A stretch of 64,000 nt of DNA from Trichoplax sp. H2 (lineage: Eukaryota). The DNA is taken from assembly GCA_003344405.1 (NCBI GenBank), contig NOWV01000161.1, forward strand, positions 1 through 64,000, given 5' to 3'. Under the pieces are notes generated by a model. That model did not search any database, was not told the origin of the DNA, and saw only the letters and a list, made by a program, of their open reading frames with translations. Shown here piece by piece: positions 31,934 through 45,537 of this stretch; positions within the stretch are counted from its first letter, which is position 1, and every line of letters starts with the position of its first letter. Made by a program: the position numbers and the translations under genes.

Positions 31934-31957
31934 CCGGCCATTCCTAGGAATGGCCGG
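31934..31957. repeat. Perfect 24-bp palindrome CCGGCCATTCCTAGGAATGGCCGG
   Basis: Read directly from the sequence. Confidence 0.95.
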
Positions 31958-31976
31958 AGTCTTAGCATTGGCTATG

Positions 31977-32792
31977 TCATATATATATATATATTCCCGC
32001 GCAAAAACTTGTCCCTAACTTGATTAAGAAAAATTAAGAAAACATATTACGTCTCAATTCTTGGCATCTGTCTCTCTCCTCTATTTCTTAAAATTCGTAT
32101 TTTACTTTATTCTCGTCTAATGCACTAGTTGATCCTAAATACTTTCAGTATGGTACTGTATATATATATTCCCGCGCAAAAACTAGTTCCTAATTTGATT
32201 AAAAAAAAATTAAGAAAACATATTACGTCTCAATTCTTGGCATCTCTCTCTCTTCTATTTCTTAAAATTCGTATTTTACTTTATTCTCGTCTAATGCACT
32301 AGTTGATCCTAAATACTTTCATTGTAATTTATTTCTACTAGTCCCTTACTCTATAGTAAACGTGTTACGTCTCAATTCTTGGCATCTCTCTCTCTTCTAT
32401 TTCTTAAAATTCGTATTTTACTTTATTCTCGTCTAATGCACTAGTTGATCCTAAATACTTTCATTGTAATTTATTTCTACTAGTCCCTTACTCTATAGAA
32501 AACGTGTTACGTCTCAATTCTTGGCGTCTCTCTCTCTCTCTTCTATTTCTTAAAATTCGTATTTTACGTTATTCTCGTCTAATGCACTAGTTGATCCCTA
32601 AATACTTTCATTGTAATTTATTTCTACTAGTCCCTTACTCTATAGAAAACGTGTTACATCTCAATTCTTTGCAACTCTCCCTCCTCTAATTTCTTAATAT
32701 TCGTTTTTTGCTCATTTTTGGACTTCCCACCCAATAAAAAGAGGATATACTATATGTAGTACGCGCAATGTAACGACCGAGTGATCTACTAG
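31977..32792 (+). repeat. Tandem array of about 5 units (~141-176 bp); possibly a non-autonomous Helitron
   Basis: TTACGTCTCAATTC anchor at ~32047, 32223, 32366, 32507, 32654, with internal (TC)n; begins TC(AT)n and ends CTAG followed by T. Confidence 0.85.
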
Positions 32793-33145
32793 TATATAAT
32801 AATAACTACAAACACGTGGATACGAAGCGTATAGCAAATTTTATAGTGTTGGAATGATCATTTCCAGCTTCGATCTCATCTTTAAAAGTGACATTTGATA
32901 ACTTGACATGATTTGCTCATTTAATATCTTCATATAGCAGTTACAGTAGTTAGCACTGTCCTGCACTTGAATAAATATTTTGCCCGTTTAAAATTTCTAC
33001 CCAACTTTTTTTGTCCACCGCCCACTGCAGTACACTGGTAGTAAGCATTGCTCTTCTGAAAGCCTAAATTGTTTACAGTTTGCAGGTCGAGTATTGCGAT
33101 TTCAAAGTAAGGTAATTGGTGTAGAAATCGCCGTCTTGGACCCAT

Positions 33146-34072
33146 TTTTATGCTAATGATATCACCTTATTTATTCAAAGTATTTTGTCATAGAAAGAGT
33201 TCTTACCAGCTTGACTTATTAGTACCCTGTTAATTAGATAGTGCAAGCCAAATCATGCTTTATATTGTCATAAATGAACGAAAATTTGCTCATCAAGTCT
33301 AGACAGCTTAGCAGAGTTTGCAAAAGGAATGAACTTTGCATCCAAATAAAAGTGAGATAGGATTGCTGTAAAAGCACGAATAATGTCACTCAATATATTT
33401 TTATGCTAATGATATCACTTTTTTTTATTCAAAGTATTCTGTCCTAGAAGGACTTATTACCAGCTTGACTTATTAGTATCCTGTTAATTAGATAGTGCAA
33501 GCCAAATCATGCTTAATATTGTCATAAATGAACGAAAATTCGCCTATTAAATCTAGACAGCTTAGCAGAGTTTTGCAAAAGGAATGAGCTTCGCATCCAA
33601 ATGAAAGTGAGGTAGAATTGCTATAAAAGCACGAATAGTTCCATACAGTATTCTGTCCCAGAAAGAGTTATTACCAGCTTGACTTATTGGTATCCAGTTA
33701 AATAGATAGTGCAAGCCAAATCATACTTTATATTGTCATAAATGAGCGAAAATGAGCTCATTAAATCTAGACAGCTTAACAGAGTTTTGAACTTCGCATC
33801 CAAATGAAAGTGAGGTAGGATTGCTGTAAAAGCACGAATAGTGCCATACAGTATTCTGTCCCAGAAAGAGTTATTACCAGCTTGACTTATTAGTATCCAG
33901 TTAAATAGATAGTGCAAGCCAAATCATGCTTTATATTGTCATAAATGAGCGAAAATGAGCTCATTAAAATCGAGACAGCTTAGCAGAGTTTTGCAAAAAG
34001 GAATGAGCTTAGCATTCAAATAAAAGTGAGATAGGATTGTTGCAAATGCACGAATAGGGCCATACCATACAG
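33146..34072. repeat. Tandem array of about 4 units (~203-253 bp)
   Basis: ACCAGCTTGACTTATT at ~33206, 33459, 33673, 33876, with conserved AGATAGTGCAAGCCAAATCAT. Confidence 0.92.
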
Positions 34073-34247
34073 TATATCACCTGTTGTTGTTTGATACTGT
34101 ACCCTCAATTAGAAGCTTAATTCACTAGGCCATGCAGCTTTGCAGACGAACAGAATCTGCCTTGCAATCTTTATGCAATCATGTTGTTGTGGTCGTAGTA
34201 AAGCTTGTCAACTTTGCTCGATCTTACCTTTTTGAGTTGAATAATCG

Positions 34248-34618
34248 CAGACCCTTACTGATTTAGCATTGCATAAGGCTTTAATATAGTTCATTTACAT
34301 GCGATTATGCGAGCTAGTCGTTTGTAGCTAATTTTATCTATGTTCATCTATCATTTCGAATTTTACCAGTAGGCCATTACGGCCGAGTGCAGTGTCCAAT
34401 CCTTCCTATTACTACAGCAGTAAGGAATAAAACTGGAAGCTGAAATTGGAGACTGGATACAAATGAAAATAATCATTTTAAAATAATTGATCGAGAGAAT
34501 AGGAGTAATGATAGCCAGACCCTTATTGATTTAGCATTGCATAAGGCTTTAATATAGTTCATTTACATGCGATTATGCGAGCTAGTCGTTTGTAGCTAAT
34601 TTTATCTATGTTAATCTA
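34248..34618. repeat. 103-bp direct repeat pair (34248-34350, 34516-34618)
   Basis: Near-identical CAGACCCTTA...ATCTA blocks at a 268-bp offset. Confidence 0.92.
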
Positions 34619-35239
34619 CAACCACTACTAGTTAACTCGTTAGCAGAGTTACCCTGCTTATTGCTTTAAAAGCTACTTGTCTTCAGTCGTTAGCTCCAAG
34701 TTACTCTGAACTACAGCTCGACTAGACACTGCAGTACTCTATCACTTGATTACTATCTCCTCTGGATTAGTCAACGAAAATTTCCCTATCTGCTCAGTAA
34801 TGCCGCTACTAACACACCAGATCAAAATCGGCCATTTTTCTGACTACTATAATACGTATAAGCTAATTGAGGCTAGCTAGAATTACTACAGCACAGCATG
34901 TTCTTGTTACTTATCTTTTTTGTTGTGATCTACTCATACTGTATATACGGACATATAATTTCTTTAGCTGTTTGCTATTAGTCTTTAGGTATTCGCTCCA
35001 AGCTAACCTGCTTCCTGCTCGACCAGCGACTGCAGTATAGCCGTATTTTGCAATTTCCTTCTTATTCAATCCGAAATCCAAAGATAATTTAGCTTACCCA
35101 ATCCAACTCCAATCCGAAATTTAAAAACACAATTTTGTTAAAATCCGACTTCACTGTCAACCCAAAAAATCTCAAAAATCCCATGGAATTAAATAACCTC
35201 ACAGTGTTACCCTCCTCCATTACTACCGTATCTACTAAA

Positions 35240-37426
35240 GCCGCTACTAATCTTCAGAAGCTGTTAGTTCCAAGTTACCCTACATGTAGCTTTAGAAGCG
35301 ACACGCTTCCAGATGTTGGGCTCTCCGATTTCCGCTCGCCCAGAGACTACTACAGTAATGGAATAACCAGCTCCTACAGCCGCTACTAATCTTCACCTAT
35401 TCGCTGCAAGTTCTCTTCCATGTTGCTTTAGAAGTGACACATTTCAGGTGTTGGCTCTCCGATTTCCGCTTGCCTAGGACTGCTACAGTAATTGAATAAC
35501 CAGCTCCTACAGCCGGTAGTAATCTTCTCCTGTTAGCTCCAAGTTATCTTACATGTTGCTTTAGAAGCTAGTTGTTTTCGGGTATTGTCTCTTCGATTTC
35601 CGCTCGCCCAGGGACTACTACAGTAATTAAATAACCAGTTCCTACAGTCGCTATTAATCTTCACCTATTAGCTCCAAGCTATCCTACTGTCACAAAACAG
35701 CTTTCGTGATCGTACCTAAACTAAACTATCTACTTTAAGGTTCCCCAACTAACTCCAGAGATCCTCAGTAAAGGAAAACTGACTTAATCCTATACTACAG
35801 AAATCGAGTCCAACGATAGGTTCAGGTTAATAAATATATATATTTATTACTAACTAATACAACTTAATACCAGTGTATTCTAGCGTAGCCTCAGTGGAAC
35901 TGAGATTAAAATTAATTTTAAAATTAATCGTCAAGCTTATATATACTATCCTATGTCACACAAATACCTCAGTGCTAATCTATCACATTAAACGTTAAAT
36001 TATGTAATAAGCCTTACAGGCTTACTACAGAGTAGACCAAGTGTTAAAAATAATATATATCTCGCTAGTTAATATTAATTAGCCAATTTAATTAGTTATC
36101 ACACCACAGTGGTACAATATCGCATTTTGAGTTATATTGCCGACTTCGGCATAATTAATTAATAACAGTCAATATCTTGCAAAGTCATAAATAATAATAA
36201 TAATCAATTAACAATTGAGGATTGCTGTCTACAACATAACAATCTTGAATAATATTTTTAATAACACGACAGTATTTGCAAGGTTAATTTTAATCTTTAC
36301 AGTCGTTCCTATTCCAACTTTACCACTAGCCACTTATTAAGTTATCAAGGAGCATCAAGCTCCGTCACACCTACATATTGCTTTAGAAGCGACTCGCTTC
36401 CAGGTGTTGGCTATCCGATTTCCGCTTGCCCAGGGACTACTACAGTCATGGAATAACTAGTTCCAATAGCCGCTACTAATATAATCTTCACCTGTTCGCT
36501 CCAAGCTATCTTTCCATATTGCTTTAGAAGCGACACGCTTCCAGGTATTGGCTCTCCGATTTCTGCTCGCCCAGGGACTACTACAGTCACGGAATAACCA
36601 GCTCCTACAGCTGCTACTAATCTCCTCCTGTTCGCTCCAAGTTATCTTCCATTTTGCTTTAGAAGCGACACGCTTCCAGGTGTTGGCTCTCCGATTTCCG
36701 CTCGCCCAGGGACTACTACAGTCATAGAATAACCAGCTCCTACAGCCGCTACTAATCTTCACCTGTTCGCTCCAAGTTATCTTCCATATTGCTTTAGAAG
36801 CGATACGCTTCCAAGTGCTCTCCGATTTCTGCTCGCCCAGGGAATACTACAGTCATGGAATAACTACTTTCTACAGCCGCTACTAATCTTCACCTATTCG
36901 CTCTAAGTTAACTTATATGTTGCTTTAAAAATTTATTTAGAAGCGACACATTTTCAGGTGTTGGCTCTCCGATTTCTGCTCGCCCAGGGACTACTACAGT
37001 CATGGAATAACCAGCTCCTACAGCCGCTACTAATCTTCACCTGTTTGCTCCAAGTTATCTTCCATATTGCTTTAGAAGCGATACGCTTCCAAGTGTTGGC
37101 TCTCCGATTTCCTCTCGCCCAGGGACTACTGCAGTCATAGAATAACCAGCTCCTACAGCCGCTACTAATCTTCACCTGTTCGCTCCAAGTTAACTTATAT
37201 GTTGCTTTAAAAATTTCTTTAGAAGCGACACATTTTCAGGTGTTGGCTCTCCGATTTCTGCTCGCTCAGGGATTACTACAGTCATGGAATAACCAGCTCC
37301 TACAGCCGCTACTAATCTTCACCTGTTCGCTCCAAGTTAACTTATATGTTGCTTTAAAAATTTCTTTAGAAGCGACACATTTTCAGGTGTTGGCTCTCCG
37401 ATTTCCACCTGCTCAGGGACTACTAA
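35240..37426. repeat. Tandem array of a 135-bp consensus unit (about 11 copies), interrupted by a solo LTR
   Basis: GCCGCTACTAAT-like anchor at ~35240, 35379, 35511, 35647, 36468, 36610, 36745, 36876, 37023, 37158, 37305; decayed fragments at 34620-35040. Confidence 0.95.
35688..36369 (-). mobile_element. Solo LTR, 682 bp, 5-bp TSD CCTAC
   Basis: TGTCAC...GTCACA termini, CCTAC at 35683-35687 and 36370-36374, splits one repeat unit; minus-strand TATATAAG (~35940) followed by AATAAA (~35845). Confidence 0.87.
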
Positions 37427-37832
37427 TAATAAAAAAATAGAATAAAATACGAGTAAATAATTCTATAAATAAATAAATAAATAAATAACCAGCTTACTAC
37501 TATGAGCTCATGTATGTGTACAGCACCAAACTGTAAAAGCTGGAGTCAGTACAGACAGCTTGACAGACTTGGTGAACATCCATGCTAACCATTTCTCTGA
37601 TCTCCCATCAGGTCATTATTAAGTCATTAGCGCCAGCTAGCAAATCTTAAACGCTTTTGCATCCCATAAAACAGTGCTGGGAACTTCCATACTATTATAC
37701 AGGGTAGATAGGAGTAGACGACTGCCATTCATTAGCAAGTTCGCTGATCGTTTTGATTGCAACCGATCAACTAGAACTACCGATTGCTGGGAATATCCAT
37801 GCTAAAGGTATCGACCAGTTTGCAGCCCGCTG

Positions 37833-40800
37833 ATGGACATCATGGAGAAAGATTCAAGCGCTAAATCACTACAGCAGTTAATTGATGAGTTTATTCTTGG
37901 AAATAGTTCCGCAATCAACGAAATTATAAAAGGTAATTGAAGACTACAGCATACAGTACGGTATAGTTAGCAAGGATGTTGCTACAACTTGTGCAAAGTC
38001 TTCTTTTATCTACCGCTCACATTGTGTAGTCAATTGCAATTACTAAGGAGTACTGTACGATACAGTATACTATTATCAGTATCATGACCAACTTGGGCTC
38101 ATTGACTATCCAATCCAACATGGCGCAGCAAAAACTGTGTAGTCCATTTCATAAAGAAATGCAATTTTTTTGAAAAAGGAAGCTCTTATTATAAGTCTTG
38201 CTATGTAGACTATGTATCTTTAATTCAGTATACTATCAACTTGTTGTCGTTGACAGTCGTAATAACGCTAAACTGAGGCCTATAGTAAATCCCTTTCAAC
38301 GACAAATGCTCTTACATTACGAGCAATCAAGCTACTACATTCTCATCATTATTGCTATCTAGTATAGACGCAATGTATCGTCGATTTCATCCATTGAACG
38401 ATGCGGAAATGCAACAGGCAAGGGGTACAAGTATCCTGAATTACTAACTTGTCAATACAGTCTCATTGCTGCTTCAACCAATATTACAATTCAATAGTAC
38501 TTTCCTTGCGAAAGTGAAGAGAATAAACGCAAATGCATCTTCATACGCTTTTATCATGTCTTGCAAGCTATGTTGACAAGGATAGAATATACTTGGTTTA
38601 CAGCCGATAATTACTATTAAACCACTGGCTCTTTTCTTCATTGATGTTAGGTATCTACGATGGCCACATCAAGTTAAGCACCATAGTAGAATTGTTAGGG
38701 TAAATATATATAATTCATACTATGATTTCACTCCTTTGGTATTGGATATCATGACATTAGTTATTAGAAGGAATAAAGCTATACGTTATGTCACAGGCGA
38801 AGTAAGATAATCATGTTTCTTACAGTTTTCTATTATTGTACCTTCATTTTAGACCTTATTTAACAAGTGTAGAACATGAAAAGCGATTACAAGGTATGAA
38901 GTTACTCTCGGAAGTCCTGCAAATGTTGTCCATGTATAAAATGCAAGCTACAGAAGGTATGTAACTTTTAGGATATCCGCAGCTAGTCTTCATTAATGAG
39001 ATAGATGAGGTTAATATCAAATCATTTTCAATATATTAAACATATATACATGACTGCCAATAGTAATGGGAGTAAATCAAGATTAATAAGCAACAACATT
39101 TATGATGTATTACGTCTTTGTTCATTCGAACTTTGTCTAATCTATAATGCTAATCTATTCTGATAGAGATACAATATTGATCGACATTATTATTGATAGA
39201 TTGATGAAACCAATAATATCTATTTGCCAATCATGTATTCTGTATTTATAAGATAATCTTGTGATGTGGCAAAATAGCATCTGCGTTGATGACTTCAACG
39301 TTTCCATAGTCAATTAATTTCTTCTTTCTTCTGCGAATGATATAGTCCAGCTGTTAGTCGCATTCTATTCTGATCGATTACAAGATCATTTCTCTATATT
39401 GCCTGAAACATTACGTGGTATACTTGCATTGGTAAGGATGTGCGAATATTTAGATTTATTTTCAGATAATACTTGCTGCACTTAAATAATAGTATTAGTA
39501 CACAGCATCAGTAGAGACTTGTCCATAAGTTCCTTCATGATAATGATTGACTCCTTATCGAATACAGATATTATACTATACTATGTAGTAAGCATATTAT
39601 TGATTAACTTGACAGGTACAGCATCAAATAATTTCGGAAGAAGATGCTGTTACTATAGTGAAGGGAATATTTAAAGAGGTTCAAAATCAGGTACGCATAT
39701 CTTCACATACATACTATGGATTATTCTCTGCATTCCTGCCTTGCATTCACTGTATAAAGAAAATTAACTCTTCGAGTTGTAATATCATTTCTTGCTATAA
39801 TTAATGTTAGGCATTATTACAAGCTGACAGAAATAAGGTCTACGCAATTCTAGCTGGATTATTAGATAAACACTATGAAGGTTAATGGTGATAAATTACT
39901 TAACTACCTATCTTTGGCGTAATTTATAGCTACACTACAACTATATTAACGTCTTCACAGGTATCAAAATTATGGATGCAGACTTTGTATTTGGTTATAT
40001 CCAAGTAATGGACGGTGAAAAGGTATTAATGTATCATAGAGACTATATGCGATCGCTCTTACAAGACTCTAATTGTATCCTCTCGTCCTTTATGACTAAC
40101 CATAAGCAATCGTATTAACTTACTTTCAAATAATGAATTTCAATTCTGTTTCCGCTCACTTTAGGACCCTAGAAATTTACTGCTTGCTTTAAAAATTGCA
40201 AAATTTATAGTCCAAAATTTCAATATTGGTAAGTGCATGCTGTTACCTCGTTTTTTATTGTAATTTTGCATTATAAAAGCTATATTTCCTTTAAAATAAG
40301 CCATCTTTTTCGATTTGTAATGAATAGATTTATTTCTGGACGATTTTTTCGAAATTATATCATGCTATTTTCCGATTGATTTTACACCGGTAATGACTTG
40401 ATATGGAAATATAGTTTAATTTTGTTTAGTATGTTGGAATAATATAAATGGTGTTAATAATTGCCATTGGAAACGGTACATGCCGCAAATCTTTTAACTG
40501 TAGTTGGGTCTTTATATTGACTATTTCACTCATCTAGCCTCCAAATCTACCTAGCAATGAAAGTGTAACCAAAGAAGATCTTATTATTGTATTGCGTGAG
40601 AGTTTAACATCCACAAGAAAATTTGCTGGAGTTAGCGAAATTCTTAACATTTCATATTTCAAAGTATTTTAATTTGAATCATGTACGCATTGAATGACAT
40701 CTTCTTTATTGATTTCAAGTTTCTCTTGCCAATGTTATTGGATAAGTTGTCGTCGGATGTACAGAGTGCGAAGTTAGACTCCTTACAAACTATGGTTGTA

Positions 40801-43800
40801 GTTAATATATTCATATCAAGATCCTTTTTAGGAATCGTTAGCTATATCACTGATATACGTAATTCTTCATTATTACAGATTTCATGTGCCAAAATTTATA
40901 CTGCAACTGATTTTCAAGAGTATTTACAACCTATTTGGACGGCTATCCGACAGGAAGTATGTTTATCAAATAGCTACCTCGATAATTTTGCAAACATGTG
41001 AAAAATTTATTTATTACCATAATGTAGGTTTTTCTCTCTATGGACGATCAAGTTCAGGTAAGGAATGAATAATTACGTAAACAATCGATATTTCATCAAC
41101 AATTTTGTAATATGAATAGCTTAAGAATTAATCGATTCAATTTTAGGAACTAAGTTTAGAAGCACTCAAACATGTCGTTGTAACAATATCAAGTAATTCT
41201 TTGCAGGTATACACGTATTTTTGAACATTATACTTACAATAGCATCTTTTTATTGAATTAGATTATACTTTTGTAATATTAAATATAGCAGCCCGATCAA
41301 GACCCTCTCAATGACTTTATAAATATGATAGTAACAGGTATAAAATGTTGATGTTAGCTTGTGATAATTGTAGCTGTTATGTTATCTGCTGTTATGCTTG
41401 CAATTAGAAACTCAGCAGTACTTGCAAGATCCTGAATTAAAGCTTGCCAATCCTTGCGGAAATGTTTTGAATGCGGTAGCTTCCGCATCAGGTATATCGA
41501 AAAGCATAGGAATATCCAATTAAATTATGTGTGATATACAACTGTGCTAGCTGAAACTTATATTTTTAAAATATGATATCGTAGATCGTTCGTGTTACTC
41601 GATATTAACTCCAATCATACCGCGCTTGGTAAATTTGTATAGCACGGATAAGACGGTACGCTACGCTATTGCTCTTTCTTGTCATACATTTACATGGCTT
41701 TTAAAATATGCTACATGAGTTTAATGAGATATTTATCAACGATCGACAAATAATGTTTTGTTAATAAATTAGGTAATCTTTCGATGTAAAGTTCTTGATA
41801 TCCTTATAAAATTATTAAATGCCGCAGCTAATTGCCAACTATCAGGTATGAAATTGAATGTATACATACTAAGTACAGATCTATCCAAATTACGTAATGG
41901 TCATATAGATACATCGAATATTAAATTCTTTCTTATAGAACAATTTATAGCCCCGATGGATTGGCACGAAATAGTAAAATTACTCCAATTAGCTATGGAT
42001 ACTTCAGAGGAGGATATTCGACTTCGTGTCACTGCTTCCTTTTCTATTCTTATCCAAATTAAAGATGCTTTACCAGCTGACGAGGTTAGGTTTTATGCCC
42101 TGAACTGCCTAATAATTAATTGACATGAAGCATGCTCATTTGATAATGATATACAGCAAAATCTAATTACTTGTATTTCATCTATTATATAAAATTATTA
42201 CTGTAGATTGAGAGAATTAGTAATGATATACTAAAACGCGCACTTGAAGACCCATCCAGTATCGTTAGGTAAATTTTTGCATGGATAAATATGCTGTCCA
42301 TGAATATGTGTAAGTTAATCAATTAAATACTGCAATAACCTAATCAATGGAATTATGTTAATTAAATATAATTGATAGACATGGTAGTATATCGACATTG
42401 GCTACAATTGCTTCCGTGCTACCTGACGTTATCATTACTACAGTTATCCCTTACATCAGAACCAGTGGTAAATAATAAGATAGATAATACCTTAAATAAT
42501 TGTGAATTGAGGTCGTATATCCAATGAACAATGATGAAATGTGCTCTTTTTCCTTGTTGTCATTTTAAAACGCTTAAGGTGTAGATGAATCGTTTTACAA
42601 TATCCTAGCGGTGACTTCATTACATTTGAATGTAATGAAAGAAAGTATTCCCATGTTAATCCAAATGGCTCTTAACTCCATGAAAAGTACGTTGTACTCG
42701 TTTTAGCTGGCCAATTTTTGAAAGCTTGTTATTAACATTTATCCGTGTACCAAATTTCATCACCTCATACTGTGAGGAAAAAGTAAATAAGTATTTGGGT
42801 TGAAAAGAGCAATAATCATTACAACACATTTTCTAATATTTAGCTAATGAAGATAGCCTGCATTCAACATTCGAAGCGCTTCACAAAATCACCGAATGTT
42901 TGTAACATCTTTTACGGTTTTGAACATTCTTTTACAGTTACTAATTTGCAGCTACTTTTGCAATGTTTAGCTAATGTTAAAAACCGTATCGAAAATTGTC
43001 TGTACCTCTACCATTATTTATTCGATGACATTCTATGGCTTTGTGTATACAATTCTTTAGAAGGTTAGCGAACAGTTATTAATTATTGTAGCTAAAACTT
43101 ATCCTAAAAATGTTATATAAATTAGATATTTTTATCCTATTCTGATATATATAGAATCAATTAACAGCTTCGAATTCAAAACGATTAAAATTATCGCTAG
43201 CATTGGCCAACTAATTTACCTTAATCTTGATGAAAGGTATGTATATATTTAAGCGAAAGATAGTATTGTTACTGCTACAATGGCTATAAGATTTCTTAGA
43301 GAATTATGCAAATAATATGTTTTTCATTTTATAGTTCTCAAAAGAAGTTCATAGATAACTTGCTTGAGTTATTCATGAATGGTCAAGTTTCCGTACTTAA
43401 ACCCATGACAGTTATCGATGAGCTACCCTTAAAACAATTTTATCCACTAAATGTAGCGTCGTCTCAGCGACAAGTGCAATTAATTGAAATATTGTGTAAA
43501 ATATTAGGAGCAATTAAATTTAGAGTAAGTCTGCGTAGCTAACAAATTAATCGCTGTATTTCTTATCAAAACACGGAAAAAAGTCATATCATCTAACTAA
43601 TTAAAAGAAAATTACTCATACTATCATTTTAGGATGGAATTTTAAGCCCTAATGACATGATTACTAATTTATTGGATATATCCTGTAAAAGTGTACATCA
43701 ACCTTCAGCTACCTCTGCCTCACAACTTCTCTCATCTATCATCAATAAAATGGAGGAAGGTAATAGTACTCAAGTATACAGTCTTAAATTATGCTATTTT

Positions 43801-45537
43801 ACTTACCTAATTACTTTTCTTAGGAGATCAACTTGAAAATTATATCAAAAGTATTACCAATACAATTTGCAATGTGCTATATAGTAAAAATGTTGAAACG
43901 GAAATGAAAAATGCTGTAAACACTTGGATTTGGGTAATATTGTGACCTTTGATACATTTATTTTAATCGATCAAATTTAGATGTTTGCTATACTGTGTCG
44001 ATATTCGTGCTCTTTGTTTCATTATTCTAATTTCGATATTAAAACATCGTTTGATGCATCTTTCCAGTTAATGAAAGCTTTAATTATGCGCAGTCATCCG
44101 TATTCAAATGAAGCTTTAATACAAGTAAACATTCGTCGTAGATTTTGTTTCTTTAAATTATGTTATTATTATTATGATACTTGTAATAGATATTCACTAT
44201 TTAACATATAAATTTATGTATTGTTTAGGTGTTAAAGTTCTTCAAATTGCCAAATGTCGGACATGTTGCCTCAGCAGGCTTTAAAATCATTATTGGCGAC
44301 GAGGAAAATATTCTTTGCGAAAGCACGAATGCTATTGTCAAGGTAAAGATAAGCTTAAAACTTTTCATACGCCATTGATCTATTTTTATATACTGTAGTA
44401 CCAAATTCACTATCACACAGTCTAAATTGATATCCGTTTAACTTTGTGTACTGTACTAGTTTATGTATAAAAATCGATTTTTCATGATGGCATCAGAAAA
44501 ATTAATGGAAAATTACCGTATCGCTTCAAAAGGTAATTACCATAACTATTGCATTTACCGTACTTTAGTATTACTCTCATTTATTGAGGCTAACAAAAGT
44601 TAATCTAATTCATTTACTAGGTATTAAACACCATTACTTAACGGCTTTATCTCATTTGCTTAATGGTGTGCCAAAGCAAATGTTACTAAATCATCTTCAA
44701 ATGGTAAGTCTCTCCAATAAGTACGGTAATAATTTTAGGGATTTGCAAAATCTTCATAAATGAGGTCTAAACAAGTAAGAAGTCGTAACTTTTGAAAAAA
44801 TAAATATACTGCCTTATATATTTAAGTTAATGCCGTTGCTTGTTGAATCTGTGAGTTGCGACGAAGAGTCACTTCGCCTTTCGTCTTTGCAAACATTACG
44901 ACCGTTAATAACTGAAGCTCCTGACATTATCTCCAACTATGTTGCTTCGATGTTGCCTGAGCTCTTGAAATTATGTAACTTTCCGTCCTCCATGGTGATG
45001 CTTATGATATTACTTAAATTACTGTATTTTTTAGCTTTGTTAGGATTGCTAAAACTCGTTATTACTGTGATTGCTTTCTGACTAATTTACTCTTGTAGAA
45101 AATCCGAATATCTGCTCTTCAATCTGTTAACGATTTAGCTTCCCTTCCAATCCACTTGGTTAGCAACACAGCATAGTAAACTTAAGAATAGTTTTTGACG
45201 AAATTAATTGTAAATTTATAATTCAATAAAGCTGTACTATCATTAGTTATCTCCGATCTTAATTTTGATTTTAATACTCAGTAAATTTCTTTTTATTAGG
45301 TCGTTCCATACAAATCTAAAGTTATAAATGAATTGGGTAATACTGTCAATGATAAAAAGAGATTGGTTAGACTAGAAGCTGTGAAATGCAGAAATAACTG
45401 GTAAAAATTGCTATAATGCATGATACAAAGACAGTAATACTTATCAAATCAATCTATATCTTGTCTGTAAAAAAAAGGACTACAATTGCATCAACTAAAT
45501 TTTTTAATTCATTTTCTGCTGTAGGTTTTTACTGTAA
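37833..45537 (+). CDS. MMS19: MMS19, HEAT-repeat cytosolic Fe-S assembly targeting factor; many short exons
   Basis: Spliced translation gives FYSDRLQD, MDGEKDPRNLL, CYFPIDFTPP, LLDKLSS...AKLDSL, MYKNRFF and terminal DKKRLVRLEAVKCRNNWFLL. Confidence 0.94.

Noticed and set aside
33684..33917. 77-aa ORF within the ~210-bp array
   Set aside because: The frame is not preserved between units and no domain is recognisable.
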